A stretch of 64,000 nucleotides of DNA from Macrostomum lignano (lineage: Eukaryota). The stretch covers positions 1-64,000 of the forward strand of contig NIVC01000001.1 in assembly GCA_002269645.1 (NCBI GenBank). Reading direction: 5' to 3'. Both the position numbers and the translations under genes were made by a program. Below are positions 12,973 to 25,713 of the stretch, piece after piece. How positions within the stretch are numbered: position 1 is the first letter of the stretch; each line of letters starts with the position of its first letter. The notes under the pieces were generated by a model. That model did not search any database. It was not told the origin of the DNA and worked only from the letters and a program-made list of their open reading frames with translations.

Positions 12973-15900
12973 ATGAATAAAGCGGAGGCTTTCTCACCCG
13001 AAGGTCACCAGAAGGCGATCGTCAACAGTCCATCGAAAGCTTGGGTTTTCTGTCGAGTTATTTGCGTGGCCATTAGTTTCGTCCTGTTGCTATCCAGTTA
13101 CTATGGCATCAAGTTCATGCAGAGCTCCATCAACGCCCAGCAAGGCCTCGGCACAGCCAGCTTAGCCGTGGTGTACGCGTCCGTCCTGTTCTCATCCTTG
13201 GTCCTGGCCAATCCGCTGGTTGAGACAATCGGCCCAAAGCACTGCCTGTCCTTTGCTATGCTGGGCTACATGAGCTACATCGCTTTCAACGCTTATCCGT
13301 CATTCTACACACTGATTCCGGCTAGCTTGATTGTTGGCCTGTGCTCTGCTCCGCTGTGGGCGAGCATGGCCAGGTATAACATGCAGCTAGCAAGCCTGTA
13401 CTCAGCAGCAACTGGCGGTGGCAAATCTTTGGCAGCATCCTCTGCGCTGGTGTTTGGACTGTTCTATGCGATATCTAACACGTGTGAGACGCTTTCAATC
13501 CACTACTGTACCGTTTCATCAGCTTTGGGACTGAGATTCAAATATGATTGTGCGACGACTGGGAAGATGGTAAAGATCTTGGAGAAAGGGCGACGATCTT
13601 AGAGAGGACAGTGACTAGAGAAAGGGCGACGATTTTCGAAGAGGGCAACGATTGGGGAGAGATCGACGATCTTGGGAAAGAGCGACGACCTTGGGAGAGA
13701 GTTAGGACCTTGGGAGAGGGTGACGACCTTGGGAAAGAGCAACGACCTTGGGAGAGGGTGACAATCTTGGGAAAGAGAGACGATCTTGGGAAAGGGTGAC
13801 GATCTTGGGAAAGAGAATGATCTTGGGAGAGGGTGATGACCTTGGGAGAGGGTGACAATCTTGGGAAAGAGAGACGATCTTGGGAAAGGGTGACGATCTT
13901 GGGAAAGAGAATGATCTTGGGAGAGGGTGACGATCTTGGGAAAGAGAATGATCTTGGGAGAGGGTGACGATCTTGGGAGAGGGTGGCGATCTTGGGAGAG
14001 GGTGACGATCTTGGGAAAGAGAATGATCTTGGGAGAGGGTGACGATCTTGGGAGAGGGTGGCGATCTTGGGAGAGGGTGGCGATCTTGGGAAAGAGAATG
14101 ATCTTGGGAGAGGGTGACGATCTTGGGAAAGAGAGACAATCTTGGAAGAGGGTGACAATCTTGGGAAAGAGCGACGATCTTGGGAGAGGGTGACAATCTT
14201 GGGAAAGAGAGACGATCTTGGGAAAGGGTGACGATCTTGGGAAAGAGAATGATCTTGGGAGAGGGTGACGATCTTGGGAGAGGGTGACAATCTTGGGAAA
14301 GAGCGACGACCTTGGGAGAGGGTGACGATCTTGGGAAAGAGCGACGACCTTGGGAGAGGGTGACGATCTTGGGAAAGAGCGACGACCTTGGGAGAGGGCA
14401 GTGACTGGAAAGAGGGCGATGATTCCTTGACCGTACAATTCAAGAAACCTAATTTTCAGCCTACGTCTGGGGCAACTTGATCAGCTACTTGACTCTCCGA
14501 ACTGAAAATCGACCAGTAAACGCATCGAGCGGATCAAATTCAAGTGCCGAACTCCGGTGCGGCAGCAGATTCTGTCCTAGCAACTTGGAATCGGGATCTC
14601 GTATTGTCAGGCCAACTGAAGAAAGGGTAAATAGTCCGTGATTGCAGTTCCCTACATTCCTACGAGCGTAGATTACCAATGCATTATGTGGACTCATTCA
14701 TTGCACAACCCATCCCAGCTGCACATCATGGTCGGCTGTTTCCTCGCCAGCTCGGCAGCGGCTGCTCTAATCGTCACCTTCCTGGTCCCGTCTCTGGACA
14801 ACATCGCCGAGCAGCAGCAGCAGCAGCAGTCCGGTACCTCGTCGACAACCTCACCCGCCTCGTCTGTGCGAGACAAGCTCAGTCGTACAGCCCGGCAGCT
14901 GGTCCGGCCTCATCAACTGCTGATGACGCCGCAGCTGATCAACGTCGGCCTCTCGCAGTCATTCGCGCAGGGAGAATTCACTCAGGCAAGTTGAGATTCT
15001 CAGTTTTACATAATAGACATGATGCGGCTGGAATGCTGCCCAGCTTCAGGCCATAGCTTCAGAGCCCAAAATTTTGCAAAAAAGTGGCGCATAAAAATCT
15101 GTGACATAAATTTAGAAGCATCAGTGGTGTTTCACTAGTCCAGCGTCAGCTAGTTGAAATTGGTGTTAAGGAAAGGGTCATCTAAATAGTTCAGAGCTCC
15201 GCTTGATGCAGTTAAATAGACGCCATTAAGGCATGAGAAATCAGCTCTACAGTGTCTACAGTAAATTGGTTTAACAAATTAGCCGTAAACCACAATCTGC
15301 AGGCCTTCGTAGCCTGCAGCCAAGGTGTAGCGTTTGTCGGCTTTGTGATGATGTGCTACGGCGGCAGTCAGATTTTATCATCTCTGCTGTTTGGCAAACT
15401 GGCCGAGCTTACCAACAAGCAGGCCTGCGTGTACACCGGTGAGAGGCATTGGGGACTGTACTGCTGTTGTTGTGAATAATGGTTACAGGATTGTGGTGTA
15501 GTTGGATTAGGGGCGTAGCCTGGGGGCGCGTGTCTGGGGGCGCCAAAGTGGGGCGACAGTGAGAGGCGCCAGCACCAAGGGGCGCCAGCACCAAGGGGCG
15601 CCAGCACCAAGGGGCGCCAGCACCAAGGGGCGCCAGCACCAAGGGGCGCCAGCACCAAGGGGCGCCAGCACCAAGGGGCGCCAGCACCAAGGGGCGCCAG
15701 CACCAAGGGGCGCCAGCACCAAGGGGCGCCAGCACCAAGGGGCGCCAGCACCAAGGGGCGCCAGCACCAAGGGGCGCCAGCACCAAGGGGCGCCAGCACC
15801 AAGGGGCGCCAGCACCAAGGGGCGCCAGCACCAAGGGGCGCCAGCACCAAGGGGCGCCAGCACCAAGGGGCGCCAGCACCAAGGGGCGCCAGCACCAAGG

Positions 15901-17418
15901 GGCGCCAGCACCAAGGGGCGCCAGCACCAAGGGGCGCCAGCACCAAGGGGCGCCAGCACCAAGGGGCGCCAGCACCAAGGGGCGCCAGCACCAAGGGGCA
16001 CCGGGCGCCAGCCTTATTGACAATCGTTTATTGGGCAGTGGGTAGTGTAGCGTACTTATTTACACTAATTTGCCAAAGCAAGCAGTATAACATAAGGTTT
16101 GGCTCAACCCTCCATTAATAGCGTACAAAATTTGCACTTGCTGTAGTGACCTCACTAGACCGTCTGAAATGCACAGTTTGAGCAGATAGTGAGAGTGCAA
16201 TGCTAAAAATACACGTAGTGGGCTGAACATTGACCCGCAAGTTTCCGCTATCGTGGAATCTTTGCTCGGAAAATCTTATACCTAAAATTAAATATGGCTG
16301 CAGCGTCAGCCATAATGTCCCAATGTCTGCCCTTGGGCCACACCCTTCTAGAAGGTTTGTAGACAGCAAAAGAGCAGCAGAACCTGGCTTGTCTAGTTGA
16401 GACAATTTCTTATCCTGAAGCTGAATAGATAACTTGAATCCCCAAATCCCAATGAAGCAACAACTGCTCAGATTGCGCTAGACCTGTTCCTGCTGTTCTG
16501 GACTATCGATGAGTCATCTGTTGGGCCTCTGTTTTTGACCTCTATTGTCAGCGGAATGATCGATGCTGTTTGGAATTCTCAACTGCTGGGTGAGTCAAGG
16601 GACTTGGGACCGATCGACATGTAGATGCTTGGCTTTGACATACACTTCAGCAGAATGCAGGATTAATGCAGTTGATTACCGCAAACCAATCCGATTTTGG
16701 CGACATCGGCTGCCGTGAATGTTACATATACTGACGTTCGGGCAAATAAAACATCTACTCGCCAACGAGATCATCGACGTTAGGCAACGTCCAGCGGATC
16801 CGTATCGTTTCGTAAAAAATTAGGTTTTTTATAATAAATCTTCACCTATTTTTGTGGCACATGTTGTCAAAATTATCTCTCTAGCGATATGTCCCTAGAT
16901 AAACTAGATATCTGTCAGCTGAGATATCCAGGCTGACAGATCAGAAGCTACATGTAGTTTATTCAATTTTTTATTGTATTCTTTGAACAATTTTTTGAAT
17001 AAGCTGATTTATTAACCTGAAATAGGGATGTTTTAAGAAGGTGTGCTTTCATTCGAAAAGATTCTCAAATAATTTTCGTCTCAATTGCTTGTTTGGCGCG
17101 CCCCGAATGGTTGCTAGTCCAGTTCTACTAGAAATCAAGTAAGCATCTATCAATTTTAACAAACTCGTTTGCCTTTACAATTTTATCGCTGCAGCTCTGC
17201 AAGGCGAGCTGTTTCCGGAGGATCAAGTGGCCGCCTTCGCGTCCTACAAAGTGTGGGAATCCCTCGGCTACCTTGTTGGATTTGCCTACAGCACCGCAGT
17301 GTGCACCAGGCACAAGCTGCTGGTGATGCTAGGCCTGCTAGCCCTCAGCACCGCCTGCTTTACAGTGCACAATCTTACAAGAAGAAAAGAAACAAAATTG
17401 CGAGTTGAACCCAAGTGA
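12973..17418 (+). CDS. UNC93A: UNC-93-like MFS membrane protein (UNC93A-like), ~478 aa, 6 exons
   Basis: Exons 12973-13483, 14460-14626, 14719-14985, 15303-15438, 16458-16589, 17195-17418, all phases consistent. Family motifs include SSINAQQGLGTASL, VWGNLIS, C-G-x2-FCP and AAFASYKVWESLGY. Confidence 0.9.
13565..14400. repeat. ~19-bp purine-rich minisatellite (GACGATCTTGGGARAGRG..) in UNC93 intron 1
   Basis: Tandem variants that fill most of the intron. Confidence 0.95.
15564..16005. repeat. 16-bp near-perfect tandem repeat (GGGGCGCCAGCACCAA) in UNC93 intron 4
   Basis: About 27 essentially identical copies. Confidence 0.97.
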
Positions 17419-17949
17419 TGTTTTTATTGGCAATTCAAATTGCAATATTCTACATGTAGATGTATTTCATAAAACTATAATAAAACGGTAACCTTGATTG
17501 GTTGGATTTGTAAACCTTAATTGGTTGGATTTGTAATCCTTAATTGGTTCTGACAGCTGCGAAGCTGCTCAAATAGATGCTGATATCGAAGACGCAACCC
17601 CCTTTGCTAGATCAGTACCGTGACCTTTAGTAGATCACGCGGCATCCAACCCATATCGTAACGCAGATTCTAGCTCTCTTTAACTTTTGCTGTTGTAGCA
17701 AGTATCGGCCTCGTGGGCATCACACAGAGGACATTTATGCTTTGCTTGCCGGACAACATCAAGGTTTACGCTTTCTGAGTTAGGTCCCACATTTCTTAAC
17801 TTGATTGCAGCTGTGTCAACTTTCTTTATGGAGTTAAATAGAAATAATAAATAGTGTACTACTGACTATAAGAGAAACAGGTCCAGTACCGTAACGCCTT
17901 TCTTAATGAATAAGACTTACTGAGGAAGAGAAAATACAAATATTATATT

Positions 17950-18130
17950 CCGGCGCAGATCCAGGAGTGGGCAAAAGGGGCGATTCATGGGCCCCCCTCA
18001 CAGCCGGCCAAAAAGTTGCGCCATACCTTTTGGCCTATAACCATGCAAAGTCTTTTCTAATTTTGTGTTGTAGTTTCTTGGTATAGCTTGCTCGCCCCTC
18101 AAAAATTTTCTGGATCCGCATCCGCCCCTG
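17950..18130. mobile_element. hAT-type MITE
   Basis: Imperfect terminal inverted repeats (CCGGCGCAGATCCAG ... CTGGATCCGCATCCGCCCCTG). Flanked by an identical 8-bp duplication ATTATATT (17942-17949 and 18131-18138). Confidence 0.7.
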
Positions 18131-18594
18131 ATTATATTCCTTTTTCCAACCGATTCAGTTCTGAAGTCAATATCAATAAAAAGCCGGAATTAGAAAGTGA
18201 CAGTATAATAAAATATGAACACTAACATCCTTTACACTTATACACTTTCAATGTTAAACAAGTTTTTCGTAAAATTCAGAAACGTAAACTTTATAAAAAA
18301 TAGTAACACTTAAACTACCAGACCTATAGCTGTTAGAACTTTCTAGAAAAAATGCAAGTTTAATTTGCTGATTTAACGAGAACTCGCGAACGCGTCGAAA
18401 AAGATTTGACAAGTGATAACAAAATTATTATTCGATCATTTGACATTACTACTGGTATGATCAGATCATGAGGGCCGTGTTTCTCTTATATCATTTATGA
18501 TAGAGAAATCGATTAGCAGTCTAGTGTGTTTTTATTTTTTAGGTTCATTTACTGTGAGTCAATTATGACTAGGCCTAGGCTTAGCCCGCTTAGG

Positions 18595-18748
18595 CCCTAT
18601 TGCAATTAGAAAATGTTTATGCTTTACATTTATACTATAGGCCTACTATTACTATATAATATATAGTTAACAATGCTATAGTAAATAATATATTATATAC
18701 TATAGTATAATATATCTATAAAGCAAAAAATTGCTAATTGCAATAGGG
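18595..18748. mobile_element. Fold-back / MITE-like inverted repeat
   Basis: Ends CCCTATTGCAATTAG ... CTAATTGCAATAGGG, with imperfect pairing extending ~45 bp inward around an AT-rich core. No clear TSD. Confidence 0.45.
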
Positions 18749-21239
18749 TCAAAATTGACTCAAATATATTAGTTGCAAGCCATAGTCAGGAAAGGGGCAT
18801 GTGCATGCCAGAATTAAATTCAGGAAAAAGTCCCTATATACGCTAAGTATACCAAAAATTAGAAATATAATTGTCATATATGCCCAAATTTTAAAATTAT
18901 ATAACTACTTTTGCATTGCAACAATAAGACTTTTTTCCATTGTTACGCTTGACTATATGTAAATGTAACAGGGGTTTTGCTTCCCTCTTTTAGCTAGGCC
19001 CTATTCTACTAATGCCACAGGGGTGAACTTCTCTCTATTAAATCCTACTGTTTAGCTACCAAAGTTGTAACAGGCCTTATTTCTGTCTTATTATTACCAA
19101 ATTTGTACTAGTGAGGTGGGGCGGAAAAAATAAATTTGTGGTTGGTGGTTGGGTGTGGTTTGAAAAGTTGGGTTTCTTTGAAACCAAACGACATTGAGTT
19201 CGCACAAATTAGATCTGGAAAATTGTGCAGACGAATCACAATGAATTTTCTCCTGTTTTACTCCGACAGCCGGGTTCTCAAGTCTGGGGGGAGGGTAGTC
19301 GTAATTGTAGCAGAGCAGTCGTTAGAGCAGCATGGTCGTTCAGTTAGTAGACACTGGAGATTCTGACACCAAAAATAATGTGTCAATTTGCAGAGCTGAT
19401 TACTGTCAGTAGGGTAGTTGCTGCCACTACCATAATTTGTTCGTATTATGGAACATTAAGATCTCAGAGCTCGTTAGGAGTTGAGATGATCAGTTGTTTT
19501 ATGCCCCACGGGCAAATTACTCAAGATAAAACTACAAAGGCTTCAGTCAAATAACGACTTAAGGAAATTATTTTCGTCACTTATTATTTGCACACAAGTT
19601 AATTTGAGTGGATTCACAATTAAAAACTAAGTTATTAAGTCAAGCCGATGGGTATTACTATAATGATAAGATGATGCACTTAGTGCCAGGGGTGTAGATA
19701 AGAAACTAAAATAGCTGAATTAGCTAGCACTCAATTGACACAGGCTAAATGTAACAAAACACAAAAAGGGAGAGCAAGCATGGAAGGGAAAGAAAGAAAG
19801 GGAGAACGGAGAAAGGAGCAAGGAGCATAGCATGAGCGTCGCATAAAAAGATTATTTAAATAGTAGCGTACATCAAGTGGGGTAGGGGGTGAGACAACTG
19901 GGCAAGCAATGGGGCAACCAGTGGGGCAACTGATGGGGCAAACAGTGGAAAGAAATGACCAATGGGTTTAGGTAAGAAAAACAAAGGGCCACACAAGGGT
20001 AAAAAAGACACCAATGGGAAGGGCCAAAGGCGGGAACGCAGGACCAGCAGAAAAGGCAATGGCTGGGGCACCAAGAGGCAGTGACTTAATTTAAACCAGT
20101 CAAATTTCGCAAGTCGTTCCCTAGGTAGTAGTCCCCGCTACCACACTAGGGTTATTTCTTACTATTGATTTTTTTGGTTATTTCCTATATGTTACTTGTA
20201 TATTTACTGGTAGCGCATATACTTTTACTGATAGCGTAGGCCTATATACTTTTACTAGTAGCATATGTATTTTTACTGGTACCATATGTACTTTTAGCCT
20301 AAGTGGTCTAATGGCATTATATTTCTAATTCTAAATATCCCCTAGTTCTCTTCTCTAGGAAGGTTTCTCTCAGTCTGGGCATTACTGAGATCAGAGGGTT
20401 ACAGCTTACTTCTTGGGTATTTGGCCCTGAGGCAGGTTTTTAAGACTCTAAGTCTGGGTTTCTCTATCCTATGTTAGGATTTCCACCTTCTAAAGGCAAT
20501 TTCTCAGATTCTAGATCTGGATATCTCATTCTTCTTAGAATGGGTTGAACTCTCCCAATCTTGGTTTATCCTTAAGCTAATATCTACTACTTATAAATGA
20601 GTAACACTAGAACAACTCCTGAGCTCAACTGATTTTGTTTCTATAGTTCAAGGTGTTCAATGAATAGACAAGCTAGACAAGAAAACAGAACAAGGGAAAC
20701 TAAACCTTTATTTTCTTTGGCTTCCAGTGGGTTCCCTTTTATAGTAAAGTTTTTTGATACAATTTATAACAAATGATAATTCAAAATATATGGAATATAT
20801 TGCTTATAAGACATATTTAGAATATTTTTATAGTATAATAATAGTAGTATCTTTGAAATACACATTTCCTAGAAACTAATGGTATAAAAACAAGGCATAT
20901 TACATAAACAAGCTGTTTAAACCCGCTGAATTCCGATCCCTGGAACTGTTTTTGCATGCATTCTTAAATCTAAAGTCATACTTAAACAAATACTTGTAAG
21001 TAATGGGGATAGAGGTAAACAAAAAATGGAGTAAATATATATTAAATTAAGATTTGAGGCCTTTAAAACTTTTTTCCTCTCCTTACTCTTCTTATCAATC
21101 TCCACTTTTCTATCACTTCTCTCTCCTTTCTACTCTTTTCTTTCTCCTCTCATCTCTCTCGACTCTCCTCACTTAGCTCTTTTCTCTTCTTCTATCTTTT
21201 CTCTCTACATGTCTCGCCTCTTCTTTGTTTGCTCATCTC

Positions 21240-21832
21240 TAATCTTCTATTACCTCTCCTGTAAGGTAAGAAAATTTGCCACTGCCGCTGCTCAAGTCTT
21301 TGTTGCTGTCCATGTTGCTCAGGTCTACTGAATTTAGAAGGCTGTTGTCAAATTCCTCTTGTAGTTTTTCAAGGTCAGTCTGTTTTTCTATAAGTTGTTT
21401 CTTTAGTGTCCTGTTTTCCTCCTTGACATTGTTCAGTTGTCACTTCAATGTCTGTCTCTTGTTCCATTCCTTAGCCAACAGATCACCAAGCAGATCCTTC
21501 TTGCATTTGAGCTCTGTTAGCAGCTATTCTTTGTTCTCTCTGTGCTGTTGTTTCTTCATTTTGAGCAGCTGACATTTGAGCTCTGTCAGCAGCCTATCTT
21601 TGTTCTCTCTGTGCTGTTGTTTCTTAATTTTGAGCCGCTGACATTTGAGCCCTGTTAGTAGCTAGTCTTGGTTCTCTCTGCACTGTTGTTTCTTCATTTC
21701 AAGTAACTGACCTTTGAGCTCTGTTAGCAGCTTGCTGCTGCTCTCTTGCTTCTTCTGATTCATTATCTCTTGCCTGTCTAAGCCTTTTAGCAGCTGCTGA
21801 TATCCTTCCAAGAGTGCCCTTTTGGGAGGCAT
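21240..21832 (-). pseudogene. Decayed coiled-coil ORF (MPPKRALLEG...), probably a transposable-element (gag/ORF1-like) remnant
   Basis: One frame from ATG 21832 with three 69-bp (23-aa) internal repeats (LLTELKCQLLKMKKQQHRENK). Interrupted by in-frame TAG, TAG and TGA. The TE origin is inferred. Confidence 0.5.
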
Positions 21833-22689
21833 AAAAGCTAAGCTATCAAGAAGTTTATTCCATATCAGTTGTCACCTGGGCCTATATGAGTGTAGTCTTA
21901 AGGAAAAAGGCTAACTTCGAACTTCAATTGTGCATTAATAAAGCAGTGGTAAATTATATTTAATGTTAGCATTCTATGTATGTGTAGCTGGTTTTCTTAG
22001 CCTCAGCCAGAGGGAAATTGGCCATAGACATAGCTTCTAGTCCCTATAAGGAAAATACATTACATATTAAGATAAGTAGCCTATCTTTTTGCCAAACTGA
22101 TCATTTTCTTTCATTAAAAGATACACTGATATAAACTAAAAATTCACTTTTGCCAAAGTATTTTTTGCCAAAAATTCCTTCACAAAAATGGGCTACATCC
22201 CATCAAATGAACTATGAAGGGCTAATATATATTGTAACTTTTAAGCAAAAAGGCTATCTCCCTGACTATGTCTTGCAAGATATCTAATTAGGTTTTTGAC
22301 TATATAATATAATTGTATAATAAAAGTATTGACTGAGGCCTATAGGCCTATTGGTCTTATTTTGTAATCAAATAATTTATGCTTTACAATTTATGCAAAA
22401 TCAGACCTTTTTTAGTTTTTTAAACATTTTATATTTTGTTTCTTGTTTAATTTTTGCTAGGCCTAATATGACTTGGCACAAATCACAGATTGCCTTACTA
22501 TTAAATTTTCTTTTTAGTATCTTATATAATATATTACTACTTTACTCAAAGTATGAGCCTCTATTTTCAATCATTTTGTTTAGATAATCTTAGTCTAAAT
22601 CAAAAAACAAAATATATATACAAAATAGTCTTAAGACATTGCTTGCCATTCCTGTTAAACACCATAAGAAGGTAGTACACACAATAATC

Positions 22690-23930
22690 TAGCAACATCT
22701 GCTTTCAAAGAGCACAACAAATAACTGATTAAGGACATTGTAGTCCTTTCCACATGTTTTTATGCAGCAAAGAATGGTGCCTTCTTCCCAGCTTCTACCA
22801 TCAAAGTAAGCAAACATCTCGATGTGGTGGCCAACTAAATCTAGAAGGTTAGCCTGCGACAGTGGGGCATCCTCATCTTTATCCAGGTGGGTATCATCAT
22901 TGTCATGCACTTGTCTTCTGCGCCCTTATCCGCCGCACACTCATCCACCTCAACCTTGGTTGCCATGCCCTCATCCACTGCGGCTTTGCCTAAGCCCTGG
23001 CTCAGTGTCAGTGCCATGGGCAGCGCCACAAGTAGCACTATTAGCAGTGCCACGGCCGATGCCTTGGGGTGGCACCACGGATGGCACCAGGGGCAGTGCT
23101 ACAAGTGGCAAGTTCTAGGTGCTCGGCGATCATAGACCAGACTCTGCAAATCCATTCCAGTGTGTCCAGGATGGCCTATTGATTCTCTTTGATTCTCAGC
23201 AGCAGGTGCAGTGGTCAACTCAAAAACAGCAGCAGGTCATGCAGCTGCTGCCAGAATTGAAGCACAATGTGCTTGACATCAGCTTCTGAAAACAAAGGGA
23301 GCTTGGTATGGTCTTTTGGCAGACAGGACTCTGCAAATTGGAAGGAGTGGTTAATAGAAAATGTTTGTAATTATGGGTACTGCCCATAGCCTTCACTTTT
23401 GCATGGAGTATATTTTCAAAGACATTAAAAATAAAAATGGTACTATACACCTATTAGTAGTCAGCTTATGAAGCCGTAGCTGGGCAACCACTGCCTTTTC
23501 CTGCTCATTTGGCGTCAGGGCATCCAGGGACTTGCTTATCTGGCTCACCATAGACCAAAGGCCACCGTAGAAGCCAACGTCCGCACTCTTGGCGTGCAGG
23601 TTTGCCACTGTGGCAACTTCCCTATGCTGCTTTTTGTAGGGCAGCAGCATTGTCTTGTTACTGCTTCTCTATCACTATGGTGATCTTCTGCGCCCTGGAG
23701 ATCAGCATGCTCCATTGCTCCTCCAACTTGGCAGCCATCCACTTGGGAGCGCCATTCTAGCCAAATAAAACGACAGCTTCATGGCCTTGTCCAGCTTTTC
23801 CAGCTCTTGCTGGACACTAAGTGGCAACTCGAAAGGAGACTCCCTATATATTGTCGCAGGATCGCCAACCTTAGACGTCTCCTTGTACTCGTAGTAGGCA
23901 CGCTGGAAATTCTATGCCTCTACTTTTACT
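22690..23930 (-). pseudogene. Degenerate DNA-transposon-like protein, C-terminal remnant
   Basis: Frameshifted segments ESPFE..LDKAMK, NGAPKWMAAKLEEQWSMLISRAQK, GGLWSMVSQISKSLDALTPNEQEKAVVAQLRLHKL and LVGHHIEMFAYFDGRSWEEGTIL. From memory these resemble C-terminal motifs of invertebrate transposon-derived proteins; not verified by search. Confidence 0.4.
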
Positions 23931-23949
23931 CTATCATATGCAGCAATAT

Positions 23950-24244
23950 CATACATGCGCAACAGTCGGCCGAGTCGGCCGATCCGGCCGACCGATTTGG
24001 CGGCCAACCAAGGAAGTCGCAAAAATGCCCACCCGAAAAAACACAGTATTAGTACTAAGTAGCTGACGAGGCATTTCTGCTTAATAAGACAGTCATAGTT
24101 ACTCCTGCCGTTTACCCAAAGTTGCGTTAATTTTGTTTTAGGGTTTTTTTACATGTAAGTCGCATTTTTGGCCAAAAACTACGTCGCATTTTTGTTAAAA
24201 CTAAGTCGCACGGCCGACCAAATTTTGGAGGTTGCGCATGTATA
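23950..24244 (-). mobile_element. MITE carrying a 28S rRNA-derived segment (copy 1)
   Basis: TIRs CATACATGCGCAAC (23950) and GTTGCGCATGTAT(A) (24231-24244). The internal reverse complement GGGTAAACGGCAGGAGTAACTATGACTGTCTTATTAAGCAGAAATGCCTCGTCAGCTACTTAGT lies at ~24054-24117. Homologous to 63465-63704. Confidence 0.8.
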
Positions 24245-24782
24245 TGCAGCATGCAGCCAAACTGGTGCAAGAGAAGCTGCTTTGCTAAGCAAAAAAATCT
24301 TGCCTCATCCTTCTTGCCTCATATAGCCTCAATATCTTGCCAATTGGCTACCACTTTTGTTTTTTTTTTACTTTTTTCTGGTACCTTTTATATGAAAATA
24401 TTATTATCATTTATATAAATAATCTAAAGACTTAGGAAAGTATGACAAGAAATGCCAAAAAATTCTAGTTGTTTACAAAATAGGGGATGGAGCCAAAAGG
24501 CTTAATAACTTCTCTTAATGTTGGCATACTGAATTTAGTCACGGATGTTAACTAATAAGCATTCTGTTTTCCTAAGCTAGATCCCATTTAAAGTATCAAA
24601 CATTTTAATATTTATGATTCTTGGGATTTCAAGAATTCTATCAATTGTCAGATTCTAGTCTAGTAATCTGTAATTACATTTAATGGAGTCTGCAGAGGCT
24701 CAGCAGTAAGGTAAGGTAGAGATGTTGGTATTTTATTTGAGTCTTTGTGTCTGTGTCTAATCTGTGATTCACCATCTTCCAG

Positions 24783-24791
24783 GCTCCCGCC

Positions 24792-24825
<34 letters not shown>

Positions 24826-25713
24826 GCTCTGCAAAGCAGCTGTCCACCGCTGCCAATACAAATGGCGATATAAGCACCAATGGCCCGTCTGCTAATCGGA
24901 TGGAGTCCTGCAGTGAGCCTGAGCTATCGGCCTACTCATCTGAGTCTAATGACGCTGCTGAAAATCAGGAGCCAGGTGTACAGCCGCCTCCCGGCATGCT
25001 GCTGCTGTCTAACGGACAGCAGCAGGGTCCAATGCCCCCCACTGGCAATGGATGCCAGCCGCCTGTGTCCATGTGGATTAATCCGGCCATGGCCGGAGTG
25101 CCTCCGATTATTGGTTCTACTCTGGAGCACATTGTGCGACAGTTGGACATCCTCACTCAGGTTTGCTGCGCTTGTCTCCCAGTGTATGAGCAGGAGGGTA
25201 GCGGCTCCTCCCAGTGTATGAGCAGGAGGGTAGCGGCTCCTCCCAGTGTATGACCGGCTCACATTGAAGGACCTGGAGGGCAGCGGTTGCCGTTGAAGGC
25301 AGAGTCGGCTAACTTTGTTGTCGTAATAGCCAGATAAAGAGAGTCTAGCTCATGACTGAGGGACCAGATTAGATAGAGACAAAGGAGAAGGAATAGAGGA
25401 GAGAAATGGGAAAAGGGAGATAAGAGATAAGAGGATATGCGAAGGGAAAGCAGAGAGAAGGGGAGAGAGGACAGAAAGACACAAACCTTGAGCGGGTTGG
25501 ATTGCTATTGGTGAAGTTTCAAAGGCTTTCAAGGCTAATAGAGAGCATCAGTTCGCCCGCCAGCTCATGCAAAGCATTGATAGCTTAATTCTCTCAACTT
25601 TGCAGACTGTGGCCATCCTGGAGAAGCGCTTGACCATCACTGAGACCAACATGCGCCTCTTGCTTGCCCAGCAGCAGCAGCAACAGCAGCATGATCAATA
25701 TGGAGACGAATAA
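24783..25713 (+). CDS. POC1: Centriolar protein POC1, C-terminal exons only
   Basis: Exons 24783-25160 and 25606-25713 splice to LEHIVRQLDILTQ|TVAILEKRLTITETNM, the conserved Poc1 coiled coil (cf. [29 protein letters not shown]). A possible 15-nt exon lies at 24696-24710. WD40 exons were not found. Confidence 0.85.
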
